The notes beneath the pieces were generated by a model. It was not told the origin of the DNA and made no database searches. It saw only the letters and a list, made by a program, of their open reading frames with translations. DNA of 63,624 nt, counting the filler, from Collodictyon triciliatum (lineage: Eukaryota): the NCBI GenBank assembly GCA_043381765.1. It is 4 parts of 4 records of this genome, joined end to end, with 100 filler letters (N's around TTAATTAATTAA, not from the genome) between each part and the next. Parts side by side here need not be neighbours in the genome. Positions count along the whole stretch, not along the records: positions 1 to 15,950 come from JBHJMP010001631.1; positions 16,051 to 31,856 come from JBHJMP010001633.1; 2 more parts are not named here. One strand, given 5' to 3'. The translations under genes were made by a program, and so were the position numbers. Of this stretch, positions 13,393 to 26,998 are shown piece after piece. Each line of letters begins with the position of its first letter. Within the stretch, counting starts at the first letter, position 1.

Positions 13393-15400
13393 AGTTAATA
13401 AATCATCTCCAAATTGAAAAAAAGTATGCATGATAAATATATCAGCATGAAGAGTGTTTTATCACATCATATATGGTTTTCTTGTTGCACATTTATTCCA
13501 AACTATGTCTTGAGTCGTGATATAAATCGACCTATGTGCTTTGAATAAAAAGTATGTAAAAATTGAATACAAAGAGGACATTTTTGGTTAGGGTCGCATC
13601 ATTAGTGATGTTTTGTATCTAATAAACTTCATAGGTATATGTCCATTCTGCAACCTTGATTTTTCTGGCTTCATCATTCCACATTATTTTTAATTTTTGA
13701 AGCACCCTTTACTCACTAAACTCATATATAATTGTAAATAAAAAAACATGTAGAAAGGCCGCAGTTTCCATCAACATTCCATCCATAATACCGGCCATGT
13801 CGATATGTGTTTGGTTCAATTAACAACTCTTCGAATATGGAAATCCACACATCCCTCAATACGTGCGGCAGGCAACTGATATTCTCATAAATAACTTAGT
13901 CAGCAAGCGATATATTGCAAAGATAGTGTTATTTTTCATTACTCGTTTATGTCGAATGGAAAGTATGTATGACATTATAATTTGAAAATTGCGTCTTTTT
14001 GCTCCATTCGTGTGTCCCATTCGGCATATGATGTCACAGCTATTGAAAAGACCTTAGTTGGTTGCTATGGATGGGGCATTATACATCGTGTTTTCATTCA
14101 GAGGGAAGAATTTACGACCGCAAACTGACACTGAAAAAAAAGTGGTTTATAATTAATCGATGAAAAAGATATACTGTGACAAATACTACATCATTAATAT
14201 AATAACGAAAATGAAGCAATGTCATATTTTTAGATGACATTTCATAATTTGGTTTTGACTGGCCATCGTCTGATGCTTTGGGTGATAGTAGGTAGCTGTG
14301 AGTGAATTGTACTTTAATTATTTTGAATGTAATACAGCATCGAATACAAATCAAGTTTGATGGTAGATGTAAGGTCTGCATAATTCGCTGTAAAAATTTT
14401 TTGGATAATCCAAAAAGATGTACTCTTTAAGTTGATAAAATTTACTCGATAGTGAATATCTTTTGAATAGATTCGTTAACATCTTGTTTTCTTTTTTTTA
14501 AAAAAAAAGAATTTCTTCGGGTTATGTTCTGCATATATGTGTCATCTTTTCTGCACAAACGTTTACAAAGTACGTAATATGTCTTGAGCTTTAAATGTCA
14601 GTTATGAAAACCTACAATGATTATTGTGCATGCAATCGCAAAAAATGATACGTCGTATTTAATTATACAACCATTATATAGAAGAGAAGGTCTATAAATA
14701 TTGGTAACAATGTGTTAGCCAAGGATTGAAGTATTAAAATTGATTCAGCGCTAGTGAGGTGATTAAATATTGAATGCAAAACGATAGAGCGAAGCATTTC
14801 ATAAAAATAAGGCGTGCTGCATGAATATTACATAGATTATACAAATTATATGATATGCAGTATGATGATTCGCGATACATAAATGGAAGGGCAGATATCC
14901 TCAAGAGCTATCAAGTTTAAATAAGAATACATGCTTGATTTTAGATTTTCTAATCGAAGTTTAGAAATCGGATTCAGTTTAATAGTGACATAAATCCAAT
15001 TATATCATAAATTAAAATATTTTAAGGTGTGAGATACGCACAACCTGCCAGCCATGTGTATATTGGCATCCGAATGGAGATTCTCGCCAACTATGTATCG
15101 ATAGCGCGGCTACAAAATCAGACTGTTCCTAGATTTTTGGATGTTCATAAGGATAGGTAAAAATATTGTATTCTTCGAGTGCAAAATAAAGAAATTTACT
15201 TAATAAAACAAAAAATATTTAAAGTAGATTTACATATTGAAATCCTTCGTGAACGATGTTAAACTTGAGCATTTGTCGTTATATCGTGAGCCTATTTAGC
15301 ATGCATTCATTTATGTATTAAAATCCTCTTATTTGACTCAACACGTAGATGCTCCATACTAAATGGCTATAGCATTGACAAATTTTGCATACTTTCATGA

Positions 15401-15950
15401 TTTTTTTTTATTCTTCCTTTCAATTTTGTGCAGGATGGTGGAGATGTTGGCTTTGATTCGCTAACCATTGTTTGCATGGACGCTACTTGGTGACTTTGTG
15501 GCGGAGAGGTAGTCGGTAATCAGGAATTGCATCCTGCGGTTTGGCCTGTAGCCTGGGTCTTGTGCCTGCATGAGAGATACAAGGCGAGGTTTAATATCTT
15601 TCTCATCCCTTTTCCACATGTCTCTTCTCACAGGGTCTGAAAAGTAGAGAACGTGCAGGTGGCGAAGAAAGCTGTTGAGGAAAGAGATTTGTATGATGTC
15701 ATTCAGCCTGTTATCAGGAATGGGTGGCTGGTTGTTCACTCTTGCTTTGCATGAGTATATGCGCGCTATCCACATAGTCCATAGCAAATGGCCTCCCGTC
15801 ACTGCCCAGAATGTTTTTGCATCTGGACGCAGCTGTTGCAGAGGCCCAAATATCACCTGGATTGGGCCAACAGCTGCAGCCGTCTTGAGTGTCAGTCGAA
15901 GAATCTCGCCGGCTGTTTCGCGCAGGTTTTGAGCGTAGGTACACTGCACA
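15401..15950 (-). mobile_element. 3' end of a probable L1/Tx1-like LINE (ORF2 C-terminus, short 3' UTR, A-tail), truncated by the scaffold end
   Basis: Intronless ORF 15461-15949 starting QCTYAQ followed by IFG...W...LLWTMWIAR, which resembles the region after the zf-RVT motif of L1/Tx1 ORF2. Ends in AATAAAAAAAAA at ~15401-15412. A second diverged copy lies nearby. No RT domain is visible. Confidence 0.6.
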
Positions 15951-16050
15951 NNNNNNNNNNNNNNNNNNNNNNNNNNNNNNNNNNNNNNNNNNNNTTAATT
16001 AATTAANNNNNNNNNNNNNNNNNNNNNNNNNNNNNNNNNNNNNNNNNNNN
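15951..16050. other. Artificial scaffold linker (N44-TTAATTAATTAA-N44)
   Basis: Identical 100-nt structure occurs three times in the window; the core gives stops in all six frames. Confidence 0.97.
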
Positions 16051-16832
16051 TCATAATCCTCTCGAGTGGTCAGCAAAAAGAGCTTCGCCCCAGAGAAATA
16101 CGTTTGCATTTAATACGAGATGGTAGAAAATGGATTCGCATGTGTTCGAATCATAATCACATCACAAACATTACTTTCGCCACTCGTGGTAACCGACATC
16201 CTTGCGTGCATCGGCACGCGACCCACCACCTTTGACTTTGTCTTCAGTGATGAAGGGTCGATGCAGATGCATGACTCACACAAAGAGACACGCTTTTCAA
16301 ACACACAGATGTCACATCCAACCAACAATCATGGCGACACAAGACTCAGTCATTCAAAGCTATGTAAGCGAGCTTACAGGTCTGTGCACAATCACAATCA
16401 CACCACAAGCTCGGCGACTCTGCGATGGGAAGAAAAGCGATGGAGTATTTGGGCGGACGGAAATGAGGAGGAAAGGTGATTCGACTTACGAAATGAGTAA
16501 TGTGAATTGAGATGTTGATGCTGCTAACTCTGTGGAAGATGGAGCGAGAGGTATTTATGTGCCTGTGCGTGAAGGGGGATAATGCGAACACCGAGGTGTA
16601 GCTGCTGCGTCTAGCTCTGAGAGGAGATGAAGTTGGTGATAGAGGAGCAGCTGAGCTCAAGGGCATGAACGAAGCATGTTTGGGCAAGTACTTTCGCGAG
16701 CTGTTAGTTGAAAAGAGGCTGGTGCATGCATAACAACAATATTTTTACATGGTTTTAAAGTTTAAATCAAAATCAATAGGTCTCATTAGATAAGGCTTAA
16801 GGATAACACAATCGCGGAGCTAATGCCAAGTT

Positions 16833-19800
16833 TTATTCATTTTCCGCTAAATCCACCTTGAAAACAGCATTTTTCGAAATACTTGTGGTGTAGAAAGCGC
16901 CATCCAGACCAAAGCAAGTGCCCAAACAACCATCCATAAATATGGTACGTTGGGTCTTTCCTTCGTAGTTGTAAAAGGCTATCGTCCCAGTCTTGTTTTC
17001 GGAGACACCAAATACTCCTTGAGAGGCACAAAAAATATGAGACCATCCTTCAACACTGGTTTGATTTTCAATTTGGACGTATTTCTCGAAGGTGCCGTCC
17101 TGTAGAAAGATGCGAACTTCATCAGAACCGGCGCAAAGAACCAAGAGTTTGTCTTCGTCGTTGATGCACACGCTATTGACGAGCGAGGAAAACGAGCCTC
17201 TAGCTTCGCTCTCGCCTCCGATGGTAGAGACAAACTCACCTTTTTTGTTAAACTTCTGAACTCTTTGGTTTCCTGAATCGGCAACATAAAAACTACCGTC
17301 AGCACTGAATGCTATGGAATACGGTCGATTAAACTCGCCATTTCCTTTCCCAACTTTTCCACCGATGACGTTGACAAGTATAAACTCGTCTGTGTACAGC
17401 CTCACACAATGACCTTCGCAGTCTGCAATGGCGATGAGCCCGACATTGGATATGGCTATACCTCTCGGTCCATGGAGTGACTTTGGAATCACATATCCAG
17501 TGTACTGAGCTGAAACATGTCGAAGATTTTTGTCAAAGATCTGAACGGCCTGCGAGTCTTCATCAGTGACATACAAGTTGCCATTGTGTGGGTGCACACA
17601 GACGCTCCATGGACACTTCATCTGGATGTCGGTGGGCAACGAATCCTTCACTTCATTTCGTATTCCTGTTGCAATTGGTTTCTCTGAATGGACGGCATTT
17701 ACCAGTTTACCGTCAGATGTTTTGCGGAGATGATCTGGTGATTCATCTGTGCTTCTTATCGCCAACCCAAACATGAATGTCTCGTTAAGTTTCCTCAGAT
17801 CATCAATAATTGAATTATTGAATCTCGAAACGATGTTAACCGATTTGATATGAATGGGTTTATCCCCTTTGGAATGGAGTGCTTGATTTGCGAAGCGTAG
17901 TACGTGACCTGTTTGATTGAATGAGAATTCTGCATCAAGCTTTTCCAATATTTTACCCAAAGCTTTTTTGGCTATCTGAATACGACGCATGGCTGCATCG
18001 AGTTTTCTGAATGTATCGTCCACACAATCTCCTGCGTGCTGGTTGATGTAATCGAGCTACAAAACAAGAGAGTTTACAATCCACAGAAAGATTAAGAGCC
18101 GGCAATGGTGAATTAAAAAAAAGGGTATTTGTATGAAACGGTTACATGACTCTTGGACTGCTGTTGAAATTTTTTAATTTCGATCTGAAGGTGCATGATA
18201 AATTCATCCAGTTCTTCAGTTCTCTTTTTGTATTGCTCAGATATCTTCGAAAAATGGATAAATAATAATAAGAAGAAGAAAAGTAAGAAGAAGAAGAAAA
18301 GTGAAAATGAGAATGAGAATGAGAATGAGAATGAGAATGAGAATGAGAATATGTTGACAATTAGAATACTTCAGCTTAAGTGAGCGAGAGAAATATCAAA
18401 AGTTTATATATTCTACGGGAAAAATTAGCCATACAGGACGAAGGAAAAGGAAAGGGACTGTTTAAATTCAAGCTTTTAAAATTGTTCTATCTGGATTTGT
18501 ATGACTGTATGACAGAACTTACATTCTTGGAAGATTCTTGGACGTTGGTTATATTAACACTCAATAGCTTTTCAGCCGCCTCCAGTTCATGAATCTTGCT
18601 TTTGAGGACAACGCTGATGTCAGCTTGGGCGTTTTCAAGTTTTAAGTGCTGTTCAATATGTCTGTGGTCTTCGTATGCGCATTCAGCACACTTCAGGCAC
18701 ATATCTGGGCACGATGGACAATAATACTTGAAAGGGTTACCATCGTGGAATGGACAGGTTTCACAGTTGACTTTCGAGTATACAAAGTCCAGATCTATTT
18801 CACTAGATAAAATGGACAAGATTTTTTTAAGTTTAGTAAAATATTTGGATTCCTTAGTATTCAACACTGAGAAACAACATTTTTAGAAGAAGTAGGCGTA
18901 TTACGGCGGGTTTACTTTATAGGATGCCCTCTGATAGACATCCGGTGCATTTCGGCATGTTTCTCACAGAAAAATCCATCTTCTTTGCATTTTGTGCAAT
19001 AGTGGGTAGGCATCTCCATGCAATCTTCGCCCATGCATGAGAGTGTTTTTGTGTCAAAACTGCTTTCAGAGACCATAGTCATCGCATCGGAAGATAAAGC
19101 TGTATTTTCTAGTGGCTCTAAATTTTCAACCGATTTTTCATCGACATAAAGTGGCATCCCACATATTGGACAACCATACGGGGGTGAGGCCTTCGAATTT
19201 CCGATGGATGCTATCAAGCAAGGACGACAAAATGTATGGGAGCATGGGAGCAGGCATGGGTCTTTAAAAGAATCGAAGCAAAGGGTACATAGGCTTCCTT
19301 TCATACACGCCTTCACCTGAGCTTTTGCAGAGGCAGCGTCTGCATCCTAGTAAATTCTAATGAGAATAAATTCAAGGATTTTCAAGGATATGATGAAATA
19401 TACGACAGTATATTCGCTCCTGACGGCAGCGCTGCCAGCGCCGAGCCTTTCTTGGAACAGTACGTTATCTCCAATCCGTGATCTTCTCTTATGTTGGTCT
19501 GTTGAAACGTATTCTAGATCAAAAAAAGAAAAAAAAGAAAAAATAAATGACCGTAACATCATGGAGAATATTCACCTTTTGGTGAGGAGCATCCAGCACT
19601 CCCTTTGGGGAGCACTTTCACGTGACCTTGCTCCAGTAGGAAACTCTCCAGCCCCAAAAAAGCACTGTAATAATCACTACAGTCGATTTATTAGTTTTTG
19701 CTCTACATTTATTTTTATTTTTTATTCTTGCTGAGCTCCAATTGAAATCACCTTTTCCATTCAATAGTCAAAGAGATGGAAAAAAGGGATAATAATCTCA

Positions 19801-20193
19801 CCCAGAAGTCACAAGGCCGCCTATTCTGAAGACCTCGCCCTTGACAAAGGGCCTCGATGTTCTTTGTGCTTTGTCGGTGTTATTCATATGAGGATTAAAT
19901 TATTCGGCATCTTGTATGAAATCATTTCTTCATGATAATCATCTGCCATATAAGCAGAAACGTACCGGGATGGTGCGTTATGACCGCTTGAACAAACTGA
20001 AACTAGAATTAGACCGAATTAAGTTTATTATATCATCGGCTTTTGATAAGACTGATTGTAAGAATCTGTTGGGCAGGAAGAAAATAAAAGCATACATTTT
20101 TCTCGTGTCTCAAAATATCAAAGGCCGAGTTTTGTCTCTGTTGGATTCGCGGTCATAAAATAGATCCGAAATTACAAATGGAATCAACAGCAA

Positions 20194-20240
<47 letters not shown>

Positions 20241-20769
20241 ATACCAACTGGGATTTCTCAGAGCTAACGCATCGTTCATGTTTGGTTGAGAGAGTGCCTG
20301 CGAAGAAAAAAGTTTGTAAGACAGCTCTCATCCAAACTGGAACCGGCATTTCTACATTAAGGGCAATCAACCCATCACTCTTACCTCTGGCTGTGCTTGG
20401 GGAAGGTCTCCGTGTCGCATGCACACGTTTGGTTGTTTTTCCAGCTTGCCGGGTGGGGATGGTGGACTCCGTTGTTCCTGTCAAGCATGCTCCAAAGACA
20501 AATGGCTCCGGAAACCGCTCCACCTTGGCGCTGCCGGAGGATGAAGAGCCGGGTATGCTTGCAGCACGAGCAGGGAAAGATGGAGGCATCTTGCTCTCGA
20601 GGGTCATAAACAACGGCGGCGGCGGACAGTCCTTCGTGTTCTCAACCATGTTGCCTTGTCCAGCAAGCATCACCGCACTCGTGAGTGACAAACTGCCTTG
20701 CTTTCCCTGCGTGTCGCCGGGTGGAGAGGGCTTTGATGCCGCGTCTAGTGGATTTTGACTTTGCTGCAC
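16833..20769 (-). CDS. TRIM-NHL-like protein (RING, two B-boxes, coiled coil, NHL repeats); 5' extent upstream of ~19890 uncertain
   Basis: RING CTLC...PCSHTFCRPC...CPIC (18913-19316). B-box1 C..C...YCTKC...CEKHAEMH and B-box2 CPFH...YYCPSC...CAEC...DHRH. Coiled-coil exons. NHL repeats (LHGPRGIAIS, GEFNRPYSIAFSADGSFYVADSGNQRVQKF) in 16833-18056. Upstream exons chain in frame to ~19890, and possibly on to the low-complexity ORF at 20243-20769. Confidence 0.85.
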
Positions 20770-21223
20770 TTCGCGGCCTGGCTGCTTTCTGGCGGCAGGT
20801 GGTTATGAAAGTGAGGTTAGATAGGTGCCAAGCTTTCGGCGGGTTCGAGTGCTTCTGGGGCGCTGACCTTGGCGAGAAGAGTGGAAGAAAAAAAAGAAAA
20901 GATAAAAGGAGCGGTCGAATGATAAGAAGCTGTGGCCACTCGCTGACTCTTTATCCCAACGAGGTTCTGCTGTGTTGGTTTTTTTCTTTTCTTTTTTTTT
21001 TTGTTTTGTTTTTCTCTTTTCATCGGCCCAGCTTCTAAAGCTCTTCACAATCGCAAGCATCGATCACATTGAGTCTGGAGTAGATGAACACGGAGGAGTA
21101 CTGGGTGGTTTGTCTTCGTCTCCTTTTCCTAGCCCCCAGAAACAAATGACATCTTTCATCATTGTGCGATCATTTGGTGCTCGGGCTTTTAAACACAACC
21201 ATCACGAATACTCTGCCTCTTCA

Positions 21224-23770
21224 GAAGGAAATAGCGCGGCTGGATGATGCGTATGTGTCAGGCGCAAAGCTGGAAGAACCCGAGTGAGCTGACATACCCC
21301 ACCCTCATCCTCGTCCTCGTCCTCTATCCAAATCCACCTTCACCCATCTCTGCCCTTTCCCTTTCCTTTTCCTTTTCCTTTCTTTTTTTAATCTTTTGTT
21401 TGTTTGGCACTTCTGCTTCGCGTGACTGTCATCTTTTTCACCGCCTTTCCATGAATGGTTGCCCTATGATGATGCACCCTCTAAAAGCAGTCTATAAAAA
21501 CCAAGGAAGACGAGTGGCGAATCGCCAACCAGCAAGAAGGTCTTGATCGTCAAAAGAAGAGTATGTTTTTATATCATTTATTCGTCGATGTAATTGCCCT
21601 CTTTGCCATCGGAATGGCTACGAAGCATGTTATATCCTCAATTGTTTCATTCGGCGTGAAGGATTTTTTTTGAAGTTGATTCTTTGTTTCTTTGTTTTAC
21701 TCATCAGCTCCGAATGCAGGTTCTCAATCGCGACCAGGCTGCATCTGTGAGCACGATTGAGGAAGATTTCACAAAGGTAATAATAACAATAATAATAATA
21801 AGTCTCGCTGTACCTTTTTTCCCCCTCTACTGAAACACGAACTGCAGTTGATTTCCAGGATAAACGCTAACAAATCTGCACGTTCGGGTGAATCTGCGAC
21901 TGGTTTTCCACCTCCATGAATCCACATATTGTGTGCACAGGATATGAATACAAACGGCTTTGACTAATGAAAGATTAAATAGATGAGCAAGTATCAACGC
22001 AGACAAAGAAAGGCAGGGCGGCACTATTTACAAATATCTGTTGAAACTTTCTTTAAATTCATATGTTATTCTATGCTTCTTCATTATCGAAAAGATTATA
22101 CTTATTCTTTGACCAGGTCAAAAAATGTTTTGAAATATGATCTACAAATTCCGCCAGAAAGTAAAAAAGAATAAATCATTATAATATATCCTCCACTTCA
22201 CATTTCAAAGATTCGACGCAGTCAGCACGAAGTCGGTGTCCTATATGTAATCATCCGCTCCTCGGCGACCTTGAGTCTATAAATCTTCACATCGACAGAT
22301 GCCTCGAAAAATCTGCCGAGCCACAAACTACCCAAGCCAAGGTGATAGAATCGGTTTTTATTAAAATCGTGTCCCTTCCTAGATTTCCATCTTGTGCAGA
22401 AATAACAACTACAATACATGGGCGATTATCAATAATAAATCCCAAGGAGAATTGCCCGAAAAGAATTGAAAACGATAAATCATGAGAAATTAAATTTTTT
22501 CGTTCATCGCCAACCTGATCCCTGAAAGACATCCTATTTTTAAGATATAAAGATATATGGTGTTAAAATTATTTTTACTTTTTCGGATTTAATCTTTCGA
22601 TCTTTATATTTATTCTACTCGTATTTTTTCCATTCGATGGATTTAGAAAGTTGACCCCAAGAGAGCCCTCACAATAGGTTTGGAATTATTTTTAGAAAAA
22701 ATTATGTTTTTCATCCTTCGATTGATTTAAAATATATGACCTTCTTTTGCATGAACACCAATCAATGCAAATAAAATGGAGTAATCCTTCTCCCGGTGCT
22801 GGTTCAAATGTCTAGTATTTCATATATCAGAACTGTCTGTTGGATTATTTTTTTGTTCACTTTTATTTTTGAACCACCATAAACCCCCCAGCAAATACCA
22901 TGGAGTATTACACAATCGGTAACCAAACCAGGCTTCGCACATGCTCTATTTTGGATGGTGGTTACAGTAATCTCGGTTTTCAAAAGATAAGAAAGACTGT
23001 TAGTGAGGACGAGACCTCAGATTTAGATGTTGATGCAGATGACGAGAAAAATTACGGACCAACACAGTATGCACATTCCGAACCTGAATATTTGAGTATT
23101 ATATGATGCATTCGAGAAAAAGCATTCGTAAAATGGAAAACACATGATACTGATTTAATTGTAAAATTTACTTGCCATTCTTTTTGTTTTTGGTTCTGGT
23201 TTGTATGACATACATTGAACTATGCCAAAATTTTGTACATCTCCCAGATACAGCGAATCCGACCTCCTGAATCCCGAGCAACATCAGTCTGGTAACCATC
23301 GACTCAAGAGAATATTTAACTGCATAATGATTAGCTGATCACCTATCCGGCTTTATTTCTCGCGGTGTAGGGATGGAAGACAATCCAAAGCCCAAAACTA
23401 GCCGTGAAGCCAGAGTAACAAACATACCAGAGCGCGGCCGAGATTCTGCTTTGATATCTGCCCTCAAGGAAAAAATTCGGGAGCAGGTATTCAGCTTGGC
23501 ATACAAATTATTCTCCAAGACCATCGCCATTTCCCCCATGAGAGTAAATACCGGACATGACCCGGTGTACCTGCAACATAGGCTGCGCAGATCAAGAACG
23601 AACACAAGTGCCTTATTTGCTTGGAGGCTTATACAAAGCCGGTTGTGTCTGTGACTTGCTGGCATGTGCATTGCGAACACTGCTGGCTCCAAACGCTCGG
23701 AGCCAAGAGGCTCTGTCCCCAGTGCACCATTATCACGTCCCCCAGCGACCTCCGTCGCATCTATCTATAA
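21224..23770 (+). CDS. RNF220: RNF220-like RING E3 ubiquitin ligase (start not resolved)
   Basis: Zn-finger CPICNHPLLGDLESINLHIDRCL (~22237-22310). Middle motif YTIGNQTRLRTCSILDGGY...DLDVDADDEKNYGPTQYSESDL. C-terminal RING CLICLEAYTKPVVSVTCWHVHCEHCWLQTLGAKRLCPQCTIITSPSDLRRIYL* closely matches the RNF220 C-terminus as recalled. Confidence 0.88.
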
Positions 23771-24200
23771 ACACAGGACACTATGATTCGAATAACAATG
23801 ATAATGAAATAATCTACAAACACCGGACAAAGCCCAGAAGAAGAAAGGAAGTTTGGGCGAAAGCACGCCTCTCATCCCTACCAAACGAGTGCGATTGAAT
23901 ATGTATCGTAACTATACTACTATGAGAAAATTGCGGGAACAATATGCTCCAAACCAGTTCGCAGAGATGTCGTGGCTGCCGCTGGTTGGCTAGTTGTGCA
24001 CTTACACAACGGATATAATCGGCCACGCAGACTCGCCACACCAAGCGATTCGGCTGCAAAAAAAAATACTGAAACAACCGCATACAAAAGCGGCGTTGAG
24101 CAAAAATGTGTCAAACAGAAAAGAGTGACTGCTGCCAGTCTGCTGCTTTCATTCAAAACCGGCAGCCAACGAAATCACGATAAGACATAAAAGCCCGACC

Positions 24201-25061
24201 NNNNNNNNNNNNNNNNNNNNNNNNNNNNNNNNNNNNNNNNNNNNNNNNNNNNNNNNNNNNNNNNNNNNNNNNNNNNNNNNNNNNNNNNNNNNNNNNNNNN
24301 NNNNNNNNNNNNNNNNNNNNNNNNNNNNNNNNNNNNNNNNNNNNNNNNNNNNNNNNNNNNNNNNNNNNNNNNNNNNNNNNNNNNNNNNNNNNNNNNNNNN
24401 NNNNNNNNNNNNNNNNNNNNNNNNNNNNNNNNNNNNNNNNNNNNNNNNNNNNNNNNNNNNNNNNNNNNNNNNNNNNNNNNNNNNNNNNNNNNNNNNNNNN
24501 NNNNNNNNNNNNNNNNNNNNNNNNNNNNNNNNNNNNNNNNNNNNNNNNNNNNNNNNNNNNNNNNNNNNNNNNNNNNNNNNNNNNNNNNNNNNNNNNNNNN
24601 NNNNNNNNNNNNNNNNNNNNNNNNNNNNNNNNNNNNNNNNNNNNNNNNNNNNNNNNNNNNNNNNNNNNNNNNNNNNNNNNNNNNNNNNNNNNNNNNNNNN
24701 NNNNNNNNNNNNNNNNNNNNNNNNNNNNNNNNNNNNNNNNNNNNNNNNNNNNNNNNNNNNNNNNNNNNNNNNNNNNNNNNNNNNNNNNNNNNNNNNNNNN
24801 NNNNNNNNNNNNNNNNNNNNNNNNNNNNNNNNNNNNNNNNNNNNNNNNNNNNNNNNNNNNNNNNNNNNNNNNNNNNNNNNNNNNNNNNNNNNNNNNNNNN
24901 NNNNNNNNNNNNNNNNNNNNNNNNNNNNNNNNNNNNNNNNNNNNNNNNNNNNNNNNNNNNNNNNNNNNNNNNNNNNNNNNNNNNNNNNNNNNNNNNNNNN
25001 NNNNNNNNNNNNNNNNNNNNNNNNNNNNNNNNNNNNNNNNNNNNNNNNNNNNNNNNNNNNN
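24201..25061. other. Assembly gap (N run)
   Basis: 861 consecutive N. Confidence 0.99.
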
Positions 25062-26851
25062 CGGCCCTCTGCAGCACCGACTAATCCCAAACGAATGGCA
25101 ACTTTATTCTGTCACGCATAGGTGGGGGACCCGTTTCATTCTCCCTGTTTGCAGAGCTTGTTCCCATGAAGCATCGCGGCCGCGCATTGACCATCCACCA
25201 AGGTCTCTTTTGGAGCATCGGTGCTGTCGCTGAGGCTGCAGTTGCGTGGATAACTCTTTCGTACTTGGACTGGAGGTTCCATTTGTCAAAAAAAGAAAAT
25301 GATACAAAGAATCAGACTTCTAATGAAAACACTCGCCGCAGGTGGATGATGGCGGTCACGTTCATGCCTATGGTGCTTATTCTCCTGCTTTACTTCTTCA
25401 TGCCAGAGACACCAAGATATCTGCTCTTGAATCAACGAGCTGATGAAGCTGTTGCTGTTCTAAAGGTATGGTATCCAAGTTTTATTGTGAATCAAGATGA
25501 AACTTGACCTTTTAAGAAATCCTAGTCTTGCCAGTTCTAAAAGAAGAAATACAACAGAGAGCAGCCAGAATGAATGGGATGAGCCTTCCCGCTGACTTTA
25601 CCTTGAGCACAGCGGAGAGAGCTGCAACCGTGAAAGGAGGTTCTGTGGCCGATTTGTTCCACCCCTCCATGGCAAGAACTACCCTTCTGCTGTGGATTAT
25701 TTGGGGAGTCAATGTTTTTGCATACTTTGGGATTGTCCTTGTTACCCCAGAGTTTTTCGGCGGGGTAAGGAGAATTTTACTTCTTTTATACAGTTCCATC
25801 ATATAGGAGAAAGAAATAAATACACAAACATTCTGGTGCGCTTTTTGGACGCAGAGTTCACATTTACGTTCTTTTTTTTTTAAAAAAAAAAAAAAAACAG
25901 TCTGGCGACAGGTCTGACCAATCAACGTCGGAATACCTGGATATTTTTGTCACATCATTCTCTGAGATTCCCGGCATTTTCCTAGCGATATATCTGGTCG
26001 ATAGGTAATCACATTTATTGCAAAATATTCAAGTTAGCCGTCATAGTTTCAATAAAAATCCATCATGCAAACAATCAAGGGTACCCACACTAATCGAAGC
26101 ACTCTGCCCAGAATCGGCCGTATCAACTCCCAATGCTTTTTGTTCCTTGTCTGCGGTTCGAGTTTACTTGCGCTTTCTGTCCCGGGCTTGCCAAGATGGC
26201 TGGCAACGTTCTGCGTCTTTCTGGCGAGGGGCTCCATTAATGGGACGTTTGCAGGGGCCTATGTTTACACAACCGAAGTATACCCCACTTCAATCCGCGC
26301 GAGTGGAATAGGTTCGTCAAACAGAGAATAAGATGACGCGAACTCATGAAGGCCAACTGGTTCACATTGGTTTTTTGTTTTTTATTTATCTATTATTTTT
26401 ATTTTGCAATCACATATTACACCTTCTGCCATACTTCTCATCTAAAAAAATGCTATAATTATAATAAAAGGCACAGCCAGTGCCATCGGAAGAGGGTTTG
26501 GGATTATGACTGCATACATCGCAAACATCTTTAATGACACTTCAGTAACAATCCCTATTGTAATATTCGGGGCGTCTGCTTTACTCGCTGGTTAGTTTGA
26601 TTGCATTTTTCTTGCGTGTCATACTAGCCATGGACGAATTGATTTCTGTTGCACATCAACAACCGCTGGTAGTCTAATCCCGGAAAAAAACAATTTAAAC
26701 AGCCGGCTCAGCCTTCTCACTCCCTATCGAAACGAAGGGCAGGAAGCTCAAAGACACCATCCAGGATAACACCGAGTTGGTTACGCTTGCCAAGGACGAT
26801 TTTGATACATCAGACAGTACTGTCCAATGCCCAGGCACATGCATTGTTTGA
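25062..26851 (+). CDS. MFS transporter, SVOP/SV2-related (5' part lost in the gap)
   Basis: ELVPMKHRG, MPETPRYL, LFHPSMARTTLLLWIIW, YLVDRIGR, YVYTTEVYPTSIRASGIG, LPIETKGRKL. Multiple TM segments; stop TGA at 26849-26851. Confidence 0.88.
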
Positions 26852-26998
26852 TATTTGCGTTGGGAGTACAGACAATTCCTCAACCTGAACCTAATGCCCC
26901 ATATATCTTTCCTTTTCATTATTGACCATGTCTTGGGAAAATAAAGGTCACCACGTTTATTCACAAGAACAACCCCCTACACAACTTGAGGGTTTTCG

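Noticed and set aside
15995-16006. Palindromic TTAATTAATTAA recurring at ~15.9-kb spacing (also 31901 and 47792)
   Set aside because: Always flanked by 44 N on each side; an assembly linker, not a biological motif.
16051-16735. Coding-like GC-richer stretch with one LRR-RI-like phrase (LALRGDEVGDRGAAEL)
   Set aside because: No consistent exon chain and stops nearby; cannot support a gene call.
24149-25090. Long ORFs of 300 and 313 aa in the ORF track
   Set aside because: Almost entirely translated N gap.
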